Origin: an uncultured Acidobacteriota bacterium
GTDB taxonomy: Bacteria > Acidobacteriota > Polarisedimenticolia > J045
Direction of reading: 5' to 3'
NCBI GenBank assembly: GCA_963702425.1
Contig: CAVPCQ010000039.1
Span: forward strand, 1 to 64,000
DNA: 64,000 bases
In this document: positions 31,584 to 41,304 of the stretch, piece by piece
How positions within the stretch are numbered: position 1 is the stretch's first letter
How the letters are laid out: the number at the start of each line of letters is the position of its first letter
Notes under the pieces: generated by a model
Databases searched by the model: none
The model's input: only the letters and a program-made list of their open reading frames with translations
What the model was told of the DNA's origin: nothing
Translations under genes and position numbers: made by a program

Positions 31584-32837
31584 TCACTCCCGGTTCGCCG
31601 GCGCCGGTTCGACCTCGAGCGGATCGGGCGGCGAGCAGGCCGCGATCCGCGGCGCGCCGCTCAGCTGCGCGCTGCCGGCCGCGACCGGCGCTCCGAAGCG
31701 CGATCCGATCAGCGCCAGTTCGCCCGCGATCGCCGCGTCGCCGAGGTCGGCGCCCTCGACCAGTTCCGAGTCGAGCACCGCGAGTGCGCCGCCGATCCGC
31801 GTCGCGGCGAGGTACAACTCGCCCCCGATCCGGCTCGCCGCCAGCGTGACCGACTCGGCCGCGACGACGTCGACGAGCTCGAGGTCGCCGTCCGTCACCA
31901 GCCGCTCGAAGAAAATCGCGCCCTGCACCTCGCCCGTCAGGCTGACGCCGCCGCCGAGACTGGTGCGCGTCACGCGGACCGCGCCGCCGGCCAGCAGCTC
32001 GAGCGCCTCGAGCTTCCCACCCGCGGCCAGGCGCTCGATCGTGACCCGTCCCTCGACCGACACGCCGTGCATCAGGACATCCCCGGTCACCCACGCGCCG
32101 GCGAGCGCGACCGACGCGACCGAGTCGAGCGACAGGTCCAGATCGCCGCCGACCGCGAGGTTGGTCAGCTCGAGCCCCTTCGCGAGGTCCGAGCCCTGCA
32201 GCGTGAGCGGCCCCGCGATCCGCACGTCCCGCAGCGTGACCGGCTCCTTGAACTTCGCGTAGTCGAAGCGGACCTCGTCGGCGACGAGCACGCGCTCGAG
32301 CCGCACCTCGGCGGCGGCGGCGGCAAGGTTGAGCGACAGCGGCCCCATGATCGCGCTGTCCTCCAGCACCAGGCCGGCCAGGAGCGACGAGCCGCCGAGA
32401 TCGAGCCCGCCCAGCACGACGACGTTGCGCAGCTCGACCGGCAGCCCAAGCCGCACGCAGGCCAGGACGATCGGTCCCGGCGCGAGGCAGGGGACGTCCT
32501 CGGCGAGGCCGGGGCAGAGCAGCGCCCGGTCGACGACGCCGGCGAGCGCGCCGTTGCGCGGCGCACCGAGCGCGCGGCGCTCGGCCAGGCGTTGCGCCAG
32601 GTCCGCGATGTCGACCGTGGCGCCCAGCCCGGGCCGGCACGCGTCCTGGCCCTCCGTGGGCGGGGGCGCGGCGGCAGGGGGCGCCGCGCCCGGGCGCGGC
32701 GCGACCGCTCCACTGGCCGGCGCGGCGATCGAGAGCAGCAGCACGGGCAGCCCGGCGGCGAGCGCACGACGAAGCCGGCGCGGGCCGGCGCCTTCCCGCT
32801 CGCGGCCCGCGTCGGGGGCAGCCTGGGCTCCGCTCAC
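31584..32837 (-). CDS. Secreted hypothetical protein with beta-helix/pentapeptide-like repeats
   Basis: ~11-residue repeats of the type V/I-x-G-x-L-x-L; signal-like segment; GTG start after GAGGAG. Confidence 0.65.
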   Translation of the reverse strand: MSGAQAAPDAGREREGAGPRRLRRALAAGLPVLLLSIAAPASGAVAPRPGAAPPAAAPPPTEGQDACRPGLGATVDIADLAQRLAERRALGAPRNGALAGVVDRALLCPGLAEDVPCLAPGPIVLACVRLGLPVELRNVVVLGGLDLGGSSLLAGLVLEDSAIMGPLSLNLAAAAAEVRLERVLVADEVRFDYAKFKEPVTLRDVRIAGPLTLQGSDLAKGLELTNLAVGGDLDLSLDSVASVALAGAWVTGDVLMHGVSVEGRVTIERLAAGGKLEALELLAGGAVRVTRTSLGGGVSLTGEVQGAIFFERLVTDGDLELVDVVAAESVTLAASRIGGELYLAATRIGGALAVLDSELVEGADLGDAAIAGELALIGSRFGAPVAAGSAQLSGAPRIAACSPPDPLEVEPAPANRE

Positions 32838-32971
32838 GGGCGACTCCTCGCCCGGCCGTCCCGGACCCGGCCGGATCGTGTTGGACGGTTCCGCGCTCCG
32901 CCGCGAGAATGGCGTGACGCGCATCCCGTTGTCCCCGGCCCGCGGGGACGACCTGCCGCGGAGATTACCAG

Positions 32972-35341
32972 TTGCCTCGATCGCCGTCCGGCGCCGCGCC
33001 CATGCGCGGCGCGGCCCCGCGCCACAAGCCGACGCAGCGCTCACCCTTGGCCACCTGGACCGTACGCCTCGCGGCCTTCGCCGCGCTGCTCGCCGCGTTC
33101 GCGCTCTGGGGCTGGCTGGCGGTCGCGGGCGCGGGAACCGAGGCGGTGCGCGCGCTTCAGCAGAACCCCGCCGACGCGCCGGTCGAGGTCCTCGCTGCGC
33201 CGACGGTGCTGCGGACCGGCTCGGCTGTCGACCTCGGCGGACTCGGGCGCCAGTTGGCCGCGCTCGGCTACCGCCCGGTCACCGGGCGCCCCCGCGCGCC
33301 GGGGGAGTACCGGCGCCAGGGCGCCGCGTTCGAGATCTGGCGTCGCGCGCACCAGGGTCCGGACGGACCGATGGGGCAGGGATTCGTGCGCGTCGAAGGG
33401 GCCTGGGGCACGGTCTCGGCGCTGACCGACGAGCGCGGCAAACCGACGCGCGTCTTCGCGCTCGAGCCGGTCCGGCTGGGGGCCTTCCGCGGGCCGGTCC
33501 TGATGGAGCGGCGGCCGCTCGGCCTCAAGGAGTTCCCGCTCCGGCTGGTGCAGGCGGTGCTCGCCGCCGAGGACGCGCGCTTCCTCGACCACGGCGGGGT
33601 CGATCCGGTCGGCGTCGCCCGAGCCGCCTGGCACAACGTCGTCAGCGACGGACCGCTGCAGGGCGGCAGCACGATCACCCAGCAGGTGATCAAGAACCGC
33701 GTCGTCGGCGCCGATCGGACGGTCGAGCGCAAGCTGCGCGAGGCGCTGCTCGCGGCGTACGTCGAGCAGAGGGTCTCCAAGGAGCGGATCCTGGAGATCT
33801 ACCTCAACGAGGTCTACCTCGGGCAGCGCGGGCCGGTCTCGGTGGTCGGGATGCCGGCCGGCGCGCTGTTTTACTTCGGAAAGAACGTGCGCGAGCTGTC
33901 GCTGCCGGAGATGGCGGCGCTGGCGGCGCTGATCGCTTCGCCGGGACGGTTCGATCCGCGTGCAGAGCCCGAAGCGGCGCTCGGGCGGCGCAACTGGGTG
34001 CTGCGCCGGATGGCCGACGTGGGGTTCATCGACCGCGAGGCCGCGCGTGATGCGATCGAGACCCCGCTCGTCGTCGCGCCCGTCGCCGATCCGCTCGATC
34101 CGGCGGGCGATGTGCTCGACGCCGTCCAGCGCGAGCTGCGCGAACGCGGGGTCGAGCCACAGCCGGGGCCCGAGCAGGTGATGGTCCACACGACGATCGA
34201 CCCGACGCTGCAGGAGGCGGCGCGAGACGCGCTCGAGAGCGCGCTGACCGAGCTCGAGCGGGAGCAGCCCTCGCGGCGGCCGCTGGAGGGTGCGGTCGTC
34301 GTGCTTGACCCGGAAACCGGCGCGGTGCGGGCGCTGGTCGGGGGCCGCGCCGGAACGCGCGGGAGCTTCAATCGCGCGCTCGACGCGCGGCGTCAGCCCG
34401 GCTCGGCGTTCAAGCCGTTCGTGGCGCTCGCTGCGTTCGAGGAGCGAGGCAGCCTGCCGTCGACCGTCCTGGAGGACGAACCCCTGACGCTCGAGACCGC
34501 GCAGGGCCCGTGGAGCCCGCAGAACTTCGATCGCGAGTTCCGCGGCCCGGTGACGATCCGGCAGGCGCTCGAGCAGAGCCTGAACGTCCCGATGGTGCGG
34601 CTCGGGCTCGCGGTCGGCGCGTCGGACGTCGCGGCCTGGGCGCGTCGCGCGGGCTACAAGGGGCGCCTGCCGGACGGGCCGGCGATCGCGCTCGGTACCG
34701 GCGAAGCGACGCCGCTCGACCTGGCCGGGGCCTATGCGACGCTTGCCGCGCTGGGCCGCCCGCGCGCGGGCTGGATCGTGATCGGGGTGCGCGCCGGGCC
34801 GGCCGGGGTGGTGCGACCGCTCCGACCGGTTCCGCGCCCCGCCGCCACCGGCGTCGACGCGATCCCGGCGTGGCTGGTGCTCGACGCGATGTCCGGCTCG
34901 CCCGAGCGCGGGACGGCACGCAAGCTCGCACCGCTCTTGGGCGGGAAGCGGGTCGCGGCGAAGACCGGCACGACGCAGGGGGGGCGCGATGCCTGGTTCG
35001 TGCTGGTGACGGGCAAGGCGGTGGCCGTCGCCTGGGTGGGACGGGACGACAGCGGCCCGGCCGACCTGACCGGGGCCGGGGGAGCCCTGCCGGTCGTCGC
35101 CCGACTGCTGGAGGAGGTCCCGCAGGCGCTCCTCGCACCCCTCCCGGGACCCCCCGAGGGAGTGATCGAGGTGATGATCGACCCCGAGACCGGCGGGCTG
35201 GCGGGAAGCCGCTGCCCGACGCAGGTGCGCGAAGTCGTCCGCGAGGGGCAGGAGCCGGCCCCCTGCGGCACCCACCGGGGGTTCTGGCAGCGGCTCTTCG
35301 GCGGTTTCCGCGTCTGGACGCGAGGGGGCCGGGGGCCGTAG
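32972..35341 (+). CDS. mrcB: Bifunctional transglycosylase/transpeptidase, PBP1B-like
   Basis: AAEDARFLDHGGVD, QGGSTITQQ, RKLRE, YLNEVYLG, PGSAFKP, SLN, KTGTT; UB2H-like segment LGYR..PGEY. Confidence 0.9.
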   Translation: MPRSPSGAAPMRGAAPRHKPTQRSPLATWTVRLAAFAALLAAFALWGWLAVAGAGTEAVRALQQNPADAPVEVLAAPTVLRTGSAVDLGGLGRQLAALGYRPVTGRPRAPGEYRRQGAAFEIWRRAHQGPDGPMGQGFVRVEGAWGTVSALTDERGKPTRVFALEPVRLGAFRGPVLMERRPLGLKEFPLRLVQAVLAAEDARFLDHGGVDPVGVARAAWHNVVSDGPLQGGSTITQQVIKNRVVGADRTVERKLREALLAAYVEQRVSKERILEIYLNEVYLGQRGPVSVVGMPAGALFYFGKNVRELSLPEMAALAALIASPGRFDPRAEPEAALGRRNWVLRRMADVGFIDREAARDAIETPLVVAPVADPLDPAGDVLDAVQRELRERGVEPQPGPEQVMVHTTIDPTLQEAARDALESALTELEREQPSRRPLEGAVVVLDPETGAVRALVGGRAGTRGSFNRALDARRQPGSAFKPFVALAAFEERGSLPSTVLEDEPLTLETAQGPWSPQNFDREFRGPVTIRQALEQSLNVPMVRLGLAVGASDVAAWARRAGYKGRLPDGPAIALGTGEATPLDLAGAYATLAALGRPRAGWIVIGVRAGPAGVVRPLRPVPRPAATGVDAIPAWLVLDAMSGSPERGTARKLAPLLGGKRVAAKTGTTQGGRDAWFVLVTGKAVAVAWVGRDDSGPADLTGAGGALPVVARLLEEVPQALLAPLPGPPEGVIEVMIDPETGGLAGSRCPTQVREVVREGQEPAPCGTHRGFWQRLFGGFRVWTRGGRGP

Positions 35342-35383
35342 GTAGAAGTAGGCGAAAAGAGCCGGCAAGAGGCCAGACACCAG

Positions 35384-35866
35384 ATGTTCCCGATGCGCGC
35401 CGGCCGGCAGGCCGGACTGACCTACATCGAGCTGCTCACGGTGCTCGCACTGATCTCGCTCCTGACGCTGGTGGCGCTTCCGTACGTCCACCATCGTTAC
35501 AAGCGCATGCAGGAGAACGAGCTGCGCCGCGCACTGACCGAGATGCGTGCGGCCATCGACCGCTATCACGAGTACGCCGTGCTCGGCCAGATCGAACCGT
35601 GGGATCTCGACTGGATGAACTACCCCGAGGATCTCGAGATGCTGGTCGACGGGGTCGAGGTCCGCCCGTCAGCCGACCAGGAACCGATCGTGGTCAAGTT
35701 CCTGCGGAAGATCCCGGTCGACCCGATCACCGGCGAGGCGGAGTGGTCGTGCCGCGCCTACGACGACGAGCCGGACGACCGGGAGTCGAGCTGCGACACG
35801 CTGTATGACGTCTTCTCGACCGCGGACGGGCAGGCGCTCGACGGGACGTATTACCGCGACTGGTGA
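35384..35866 (+). CDS. Type II secretion pseudopilin (GspG-like)
   Basis: Prepilin motif G/LTYIELL; ELRRALTEMRAAIDRY; KFLRKIPVDPITG. Confidence 0.85.
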   Translation: MFPMRAGRQAGLTYIELLTVLALISLLTLVALPYVHHRYKRMQENELRRALTEMRAAIDRYHEYAVLGQIEPWDLDWMNYPEDLEMLVDGVEVRPSADQEPIVVKFLRKIPVDPITGEAEWSCRAYDDEPDDRESSCDTLYDVFSTADGQALDGTYYRDW

Positions 35867-35982
35867 GCCGGATACGAATTCCATGACGCCGGCCGAGTGT
35901 CTTTGAAACGGTGATAGAGTACCAGCCAAGGGGGGAATTCGACGCACACTCGGATGCGCGTCCCCGGAAAGGTCCTCGTCGC

Positions 35983-36363
35983 ATGGCCGACACCAGTCCC
36001 AGCAAGGTCTCGCTCGATCGGATGCTGCGCGTCACGATCGCCGAGATCCTCCAGAAGAACGCCGAGAAGTTCGCCCTCTCCCGTTCGCTCGAATCCGACG
36101 TCCGCGAGCTGCGCGCCGCCGTCTCCCGCCTGGAGCGACGGATCGCGGCACTGGGGGGTGGCACGGTCCGGAAGGGGCGCAAGCCGGGCCAGGGCCGCCC
36201 GGGGCGTCCGGCGCTCTACACCCACTGCACGGTGGCCGACTGCGGCGCCGAGCACTACGCGCTCGGACTGTGCAGCAAGCACTACCAGCAGCGTCGCCGC
36301 GGCGGCACCCTGAAGGGCGCGGCAAGGAAATCGGCGAAGAAGTCGAAGCTGCGGCGCCGCTAA
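35983..36363 (+). CDS. Small basic protein with coiled coil and a C-x4-C...C-x2-H zinc-finger-like motif
   Basis: CTVADCGAEHYALGLCSKHYQ flanked by K/R-rich tracts. Confidence 0.7.
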   Translation: MADTSPSKVSLDRMLRVTIAEILQKNAEKFALSRSLESDVRELRAAVSRLERRIAALGGGTVRKGRKPGQGRPGRPALYTHCTVADCGAEHYALGLCSKHYQQRRRGGTLKGAARKSAKKSKLRRR

Positions 36364-38537
36364 TCTGCTGACCCCTGCGTGGCCAGCGGAACGTACGCGC
36401 GCTCGGCGTAGTCGCTGACCATCCGGGTGCAGGAGAACCGCGGCAGCAGCTCGCGGATCGAAGCCTTCATCCGCCGCACCCACTCGCGCGGCACGCCATC
36501 GGCGTCGCGCTGGAAGTAGAGCGGCGCGACCTCATGCTCGAGCATGTCGTAGAGCGCGACGGCGTCCTCGGCGTCCTGGCGCTCGTCGTCGCCGAGCGAC
36601 TCCAGTCGCCCGATCGCCCAGCCGACCTCCGGCGCGAACCCCTCGATCCACCAGCCGTCGAGGATCGACAGGTTGAGCGCCCCGTTGACCGCCGCCTTCT
36701 GCCCGGAAGTGCCGGATGCTTCGAGCGGTCGCCGCGGATTGTTGAGCCAGACGTCGACCCCCTGCACCAGGATCCGCCCGACGTACATGTCGTAGTCCTC
36801 GAGAAACACCACCTTGCCGCGGAACTCCGGACTCTGGGCGAGGCGGAAGATCCGCTCGATCAGCTGCTGGCCTTCGAGGTCCGCCGGGTGGGCCTTGCCG
36901 GCGAAGATGATCTGCACCGGGCGTGTCTCGTCGGACAGGATGCGGCGCAGCCGGCCGAGATCCTTGAACAGCAGGAAGGCCCGCTTGTAGGTTGCGAAGC
37001 GGCGCGCGAAGCCGATCGTCAGGGCGCGCGGGTTGAGCAGCGTGTCGACGCCGGCGAGGTCACGCGGCGCGTGCCCCTGCCGCGCGTACATCCGTCGCAG
37101 GTTGTCGCGGCCGGCCCGGATCAGGCGGCGTTTCTGCGCCTCGTGCGCGGCCCAGAGCTCGTCGTCGGGAACGCGGGCACCGAACTCGGCCCAGCGCGAC
37201 GGGTTGCCGTGGTGGTCCTCCCAGTCCTGGCCGAGGCGCAGGTCGAACAGTTCACGCGTCTCGAGTCCCATCCAGGTCTCGACGTGGACGCCGTTGGTGA
37301 TCGAGGTGATCGGCGTCTCCGTTTCCGGGAAGAGATCGCGCCACATCTCGCGGCTCACCTCGCCGTGCTTCTCGGAGACGCCGTTGCGGAACGAGGAGAG
37401 GCGCAGCGCCAGCGCGGTCAGGTTGAAGGGCTCGGCTCCGTTCCCGGGCCGGACCTGTCCGAGCCCCATCACCTCCGAGACCGGTACTCCGAACTGCGAG
37501 GCCCAGTTGGAGAGGTAGAGGCGCGCGAGGTCGTTGTCGAACGACTCGTTGCCCGCGGGAACCGGCGTGTGCGTCGTGAAGACGGTGTTCTTCCGCACCG
37601 ACTCGAGCGCGCGCGGGAAGCGTTCGCCGCGCCGCATCTCTTCGCGGATCCGCTCGAGCAGCATCAGCGCGACGTGCCCCTCGTTGAGGTGCCAGACCGC
37701 GGGGTCGATCGAGAGTGCGCGCAGCGCCTTGACCGCGCCGACACCCAGCACGAGTTCCTGGTTCAGGCGCATCTCGCGGCCGCGGACGTAGAGGATGTGC
37801 GTGATCGGCCGGTCGGAAGGCTCGTTCTTCGGGCGATCGGAGTCGAGCAGCAGCACCGGCACCCGGCCGACCTGGGCCTTGTACACGCCGAGCGTGACCT
37901 GGCGGTCGAGGATCGGGACCGTGACCTCGAGCGGCCGTCCCCACGGAGCGAGGACCGCCTGCACCGGGAGCCGCAGGGGATCGAAGTCGGGGTAGAAGTG
38001 CTGCTGCCGCCCCTCGGCGTCGATCGACTGCCGGAAGTAGCCGCGGCGGTAGAGCAGGCCGACGGCGACGAAAGGCAAGCCGTGGTCGGAGGCCCCCTTC
38101 GCATGGTCGCCGGAGAGGATGCCGAGACCTCCCGAGTAGATGCCGAGGCTCTCGTGAACCCCGAACTCGGTCGACAGGTAGGCCACCGGCCCGCCCGCGT
38201 AGTCGGGGAAGCGGCGCCGGAAGAGCCAGCGTTCCGGATGGGTCATGTAGCGATCGAACGCGCCGACCACGCTCGCGTACGCGGCCTGGAAGGCGGTCGA
38301 CATCAGCAGCGATTCCCAGTGGTGCGGCTCGACGTTGAGCAGGACCTCGACCGGGTTGCGGTAGCGCGCCCAGAGCTCGGGCTGGATCGATGAGAAGAGC
38401 CGCCGCGCCTCGGGGGTCCAGCTCCACCAGAAGTTGTAGGCCAGCTCGCGCAGCCGTCCGAACTCCTCGGGCACGGCGATATCGACCGGGGCGAGCGTGC
38501 GGATCTCCGGGTAGGTCTTGCCGTCGGGCGACGCCAT
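36360..38537 (-). CDS. glgP: Alpha-glucan (glycogen/starch) phosphorylase
   Basis: LAYNFWWSW, YSGGLG, HLNEGH, FTTHTPVPAG, ITNGVH, ARRFATYKR, EASGTSGQK (PLP Lys). Confidence 0.95.
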   Translation of the reverse strand: MASPDGKTYPEIRTLAPVDIAVPEEFGRLRELAYNFWWSWTPEARRLFSSIQPELWARYRNPVEVLLNVEPHHWESLLMSTAFQAAYASVVGAFDRYMTHPERWLFRRRFPDYAGGPVAYLSTEFGVHESLGIYSGGLGILSGDHAKGASDHGLPFVAVGLLYRRGYFRQSIDAEGRQQHFYPDFDPLRLPVQAVLAPWGRPLEVTVPILDRQVTLGVYKAQVGRVPVLLLDSDRPKNEPSDRPITHILYVRGREMRLNQELVLGVGAVKALRALSIDPAVWHLNEGHVALMLLERIREEMRRGERFPRALESVRKNTVFTTHTPVPAGNESFDNDLARLYLSNWASQFGVPVSEVMGLGQVRPGNGAEPFNLTALALRLSSFRNGVSEKHGEVSREMWRDLFPETETPITSITNGVHVETWMGLETRELFDLRLGQDWEDHHGNPSRWAEFGARVPDDELWAAHEAQKRRLIRAGRDNLRRMYARQGHAPRDLAGVDTLLNPRALTIGFARRFATYKRAFLLFKDLGRLRRILSDETRPVQIIFAGKAHPADLEGQQLIERIFRLAQSPEFRGKVVFLEDYDMYVGRILVQGVDVWLNNPRRPLEASGTSGQKAAVNGALNLSILDGWWIEGFAPEVGWAIGRLESLGDDERQDAEDAVALYDMLEHEVAPLYFQRDADGVPREWVRRMKASIRELLPRFSCTRMVSDYAERAYVPLATQGSAD

Positions 38538-38660
38538 GGGGGCTCTCCGTCGTTGTCACCGCGCGCGGGGCGCGGCGGGGGAGGAGGCGCGGAAAGTGAA
38601 ACGCGCCGCCCGCCTGGTCAGCGGCACGGCGCGCTTCGAAGTCATCGAGGGAGGGGTTTC

Positions 38661-38747
38661 TGGTGCCGAAGGCGAGACTCGAACTCGCACGGGCTTGCAC
38701 CCACATGGCCCTCAACCATGCGCGTCTGCCAATTCCGCCACTTCGGC
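38661..38747 (-). tRNA. tRNA-Leu(GAG)
   Basis: GCCGAAG acceptor stem, D arm GGCGGAATTGGCAGACGC, anticodon arm CATGG-TTGAGGG-CCATG, long variable arm, GTTCGAGTC, encoded CCA; classic position after secG. Confidence 0.97.
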
Positions 38748-38773
38748 ACGGTCGGGAAACGCCGCAGTCTAGC

Positions 38774-39136
38774 CTAGTTGCCCGTCGGAGGCACGGGCTG
38801 TGCCGGCACCGGGCTCGCCGGCGCGGGAGCAGCCGGCGCGGCCGGCGCGGGAGCCTGGGCGGCCGCGTCGCCGGCGAGGACGGAACGTCCCGAGCCGGCT
38901 TGCGAGAGCAGCACCAGCAGGATCGAGGTGCACATGAACACGATCGCCGACCAGGTCGTCGCCTTGCTGAGCACGGTCGAGCTGGCCCGCGGCCCGAACA
39001 CGGTCTGGGTCCCGCCGCCGCCGCCGAACGCGCTGGCGATGTCGGCGCTCTTCCCGGTCTGGAGCAGCACGACGAGGATCAGAAACAGGCAGACCACGAA
39101 GTGCACGGCCAGGACGATCACGTAAAGCGCGGACAT
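38774..39136 (-). CDS. secG: Preprotein translocase subunit SecG
   Basis: LILVVLLQTGKSADIASAFGGGG..FG...LSKAT; tpiA-secG-tRNA-Leu synteny. Confidence 0.95.
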   Translation of the reverse strand: MSALYVIVLAVHFVVCLFLILVVLLQTGKSADIASAFGGGGGTQTVFGPRASSTVLSKATTWSAIVFMCTSILLVLLSQAGSGRSVLAGDAAAQAPAPAAPAAPAPASPVPAQPVPPTGN

Positions 39137-39301
39137 CGGGTGGTTCTCCCGGCCGGGAAGCCCGGCCGCAAGGCGCGGAGAATAGCCGCTTTCCCCGGGC
39201 CCGGCAATCTTCGGCCTATCGCGGCGGCAAGCGCCGGGCTCGCCCCGGCGGCGGGCTCGAGCGCCTGCCGCCCGGTGTCGAGGCCCGCCGACGGGCCGCT
39301 T

Positions 39302-40075
39302 CTACCCGCCCGCCGCCGCCTCCACGATCCTCCGGAAGCCGGCGGGATCGAGGCTCGCCCCGCCGACCAGGAACCCGTCGACCTCCGAGAGCCGGGCCAG
39401 GCCGGCGGCGTTGCCGGGGTTGACCGACCCGCCGTAGAGAACGCGGGCGTCGGCCGCGATCCCGGGCGCGGTCGCCGCCGACAGGATCGCGCGCAGGAAG
39501 CCGTGAGCCTCCTCGACCTGCTGCGGCTGGGCCACTTTTCCCGTACCGATCGCCCAGACCGGCTCGTAGGCCAGCACGACCTCGGCTCCGCTCTTCGGGA
39601 CGACGCTCGCCAGTCCGCGGCGCAGCTGGGCCTCGATGACCTCCTCCGTGCGGCCGGCTTCGCGCTCGTCCTCGGTCTCGCCGACGCAGAGGACCGGGAT
39701 CAGCCCCCCCTCGCGCGCCGCCGCGACCTTGCGCCCGATCCGTTCGTCCGACTCGCCGAAGATGTGACGTCGCTCGGAATGGCCGACGATGACGTGGGTC
39801 GCACCCGCCTCGCGCAACATCTCCGCCGAGACCTCGCCGGTGAACGCCCCGGACGGCTCCCAGTGCAGGTTCTGCGCGCCGAGCAGGACCGGAAGCCCGG
39901 CGCACCCCTCGCGCACCGCGTCCAGGGAGGTGAAGGTCGGTGCGACGCCGATCCACACCCCGTGCGGCAGCGGCCGGGCCTCGGCCAGCGCGCGGAACGA
40001 CGCGCACCAGTGGCGCGCCGCGGAGCGCGTGAGGTGGAGCTTCCAGTTGCCGAAGACGAGCGGGGTGCGGTTCAC
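39302..40075 (-). CDS. tpiA: Triosephosphate isomerase
   Basis: GNWK, GAFTGE, GHSERR, AYEPVWAIGTG, LYGGSV, LVGGASL. Confidence 0.97.
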   Translation of the reverse strand: MNRTPLVFGNWKLHLTRSAARHWCASFRALAEARPLPHGVWIGVAPTFTSLDAVREGCAGLPVLLGAQNLHWEPSGAFTGEVSAEMLREAGATHVIVGHSERRHIFGESDERIGRKVAAAREGGLIPVLCVGETEDEREAGRTEEVIEAQLRRGLASVVPKSGAEVVLAYEPVWAIGTGKVAQPQQVEEAHGFLRAILSAATAPGIAADARVLYGGSVNPGNAAGLARLSEVDGFLVGGASLDPAGFRRIVEAAAGG

Positions 40076-40082
40076 GGCCTCC

Positions 40083-41270
40083 TCACTTCTCGAGCACGGT
40101 GACGCCCGGCAGCTCGATGCCGGAGAGGTACTCGAGCGCGGCTCCGCCGCCGGTCGAGACGTGATCGTACTTCGACTCGAGGCCGAACTTCGCCGCAGCC
40201 GCGGCGGTGTCGCCGCCCCCGAGGACGCGGAATGCCGGCAGCTCCGCGAGGTGCGTCGCCAGGGTGCGCGTGCCGGCGTCGGCGCCGGCCGCCTCGAACA
40301 GGCCGACCGGGCCGTTCCAGAGCACGGTCTTCACCGCGGGGGAGAGGATCGACTTCCAGCGGGAGACCGTCTCCGGGCCGATGTCGACGCCGATCTTCCC
40401 CTGCGGGATGTCCCCCTTCACCACCGACAGGCCGGTGACCTTCCGGCCATCGAGCGTCTCGGCCACCACGTGGTCGACCGGCAGCTCGATCTTCACGCCG
40501 CGGGCCGCCGCGCGGGCCATCAGGTCCTTCGCCAGGTCCAGCTTGTCGGCCTCGACCAGCGAGGCACCGACCGCGCCTCCGCGCGCCGCGAGGAAGGTGT
40601 AGGCCATCGCGCCGCCGACCAGGATCGCGTCGACGCGCTCGAGCAGCCGCTCGATCAGGTCGATCTTGTCGCTCACCTTCGCGCCGCCGAGGATCGCGAC
40701 GTAGGGGCGCTCCGGACGCTCGAGCAGCCGGGCCAGCGCGTCGACTTCCTTCTCCATCAGGAACCCGACCGCTCCGCCGCCGAGCACCGCCGGGACGCCG
40801 GTGACCGACGCGTGCGCGCGGTGGGCGGTCCCGAAGGCGTCGTTGACGTAGAGGTCGATCCCGCGCGCGAGGTCGGCCGCGAAGGCGGGGTCGCCATCGG
40901 TCTCGCCTTTGTGGTAGCGCAGGTTCTCCAGCAGCGCGACGCGGCCGTTGCCGAGGCCGGCGACGAGCGCGCGCGCGCCTTCGCCGACACAGTCATCGGC
41001 GAAGGGGACCTCCTGGCCGAGCAGCTCGGACAGCCGCCGCGCGATCGGTGCGAGGCTCAGCTCGGGTACGCGCTTCCCCTTCGGTCGGCCGAGGTGGCTG
41101 GCGCAGACGACGCGCGCCCCGCGGTCGATCAGCCAGCGCAGGGTCGGCAGCGCCGCGCGGATGCGCCGGTCGTCGGAGATCGTTGCGCCGTCGAGCGGCA
41201 CGTTGAAATCGACCCGGCAGAACACGGACTTGCCGGCCACGTCGAGGTCGGTCACGCGCTGGTGAGACAT
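40083..41270 (-). CDS. pgk: Phosphoglycerate kinase
   Basis: RVDFNVP, SHLGRPKG, NDAFGTAHRAHAS, GGAKVSDKI, STGGGA. Confidence 0.97.
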   Translation of the reverse strand: MSHQRVTDLDVAGKSVFCRVDFNVPLDGATISDDRRIRAALPTLRWLIDRGARVVCASHLGRPKGKRVPELSLAPIARRLSELLGQEVPFADDCVGEGARALVAGLGNGRVALLENLRYHKGETDGDPAFAADLARGIDLYVNDAFGTAHRAHASVTGVPAVLGGGAVGFLMEKEVDALARLLERPERPYVAILGGAKVSDKIDLIERLLERVDAILVGGAMAYTFLAARGGAVGASLVEADKLDLAKDLMARAAARGVKIELPVDHVVAETLDGRKVTGLSVVKGDIPQGKIGVDIGPETVSRWKSILSPAVKTVLWNGPVGLFEAAGADAGTRTLATHLAELPAFRVLGGGDTAAAAAKFGLESKYDHVSTGGGAALEYLSGIELPGVTVLEK

Positions 41271-41304
41271 GTCTTCCTCCAGGGCGGGGGAGGCGGGGCC
41301 CCCG

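Noticed and set aside
35384-35866. Pseudopilin as evidence of a secretion-system locus
   Set aside because: Single gene with no secretin, ATPase or platform genes in the window
38540-38747. tRNA-Leu as an integration site
   Set aside because: No integrase and no duplicated tRNA 3' end seen; glgP follows directly
39245-39295. GC-rich hairpin between tpiA and secG as a terminator or ncRNA
   Set aside because: No U-tract, and such stems are expected by chance at this GC content
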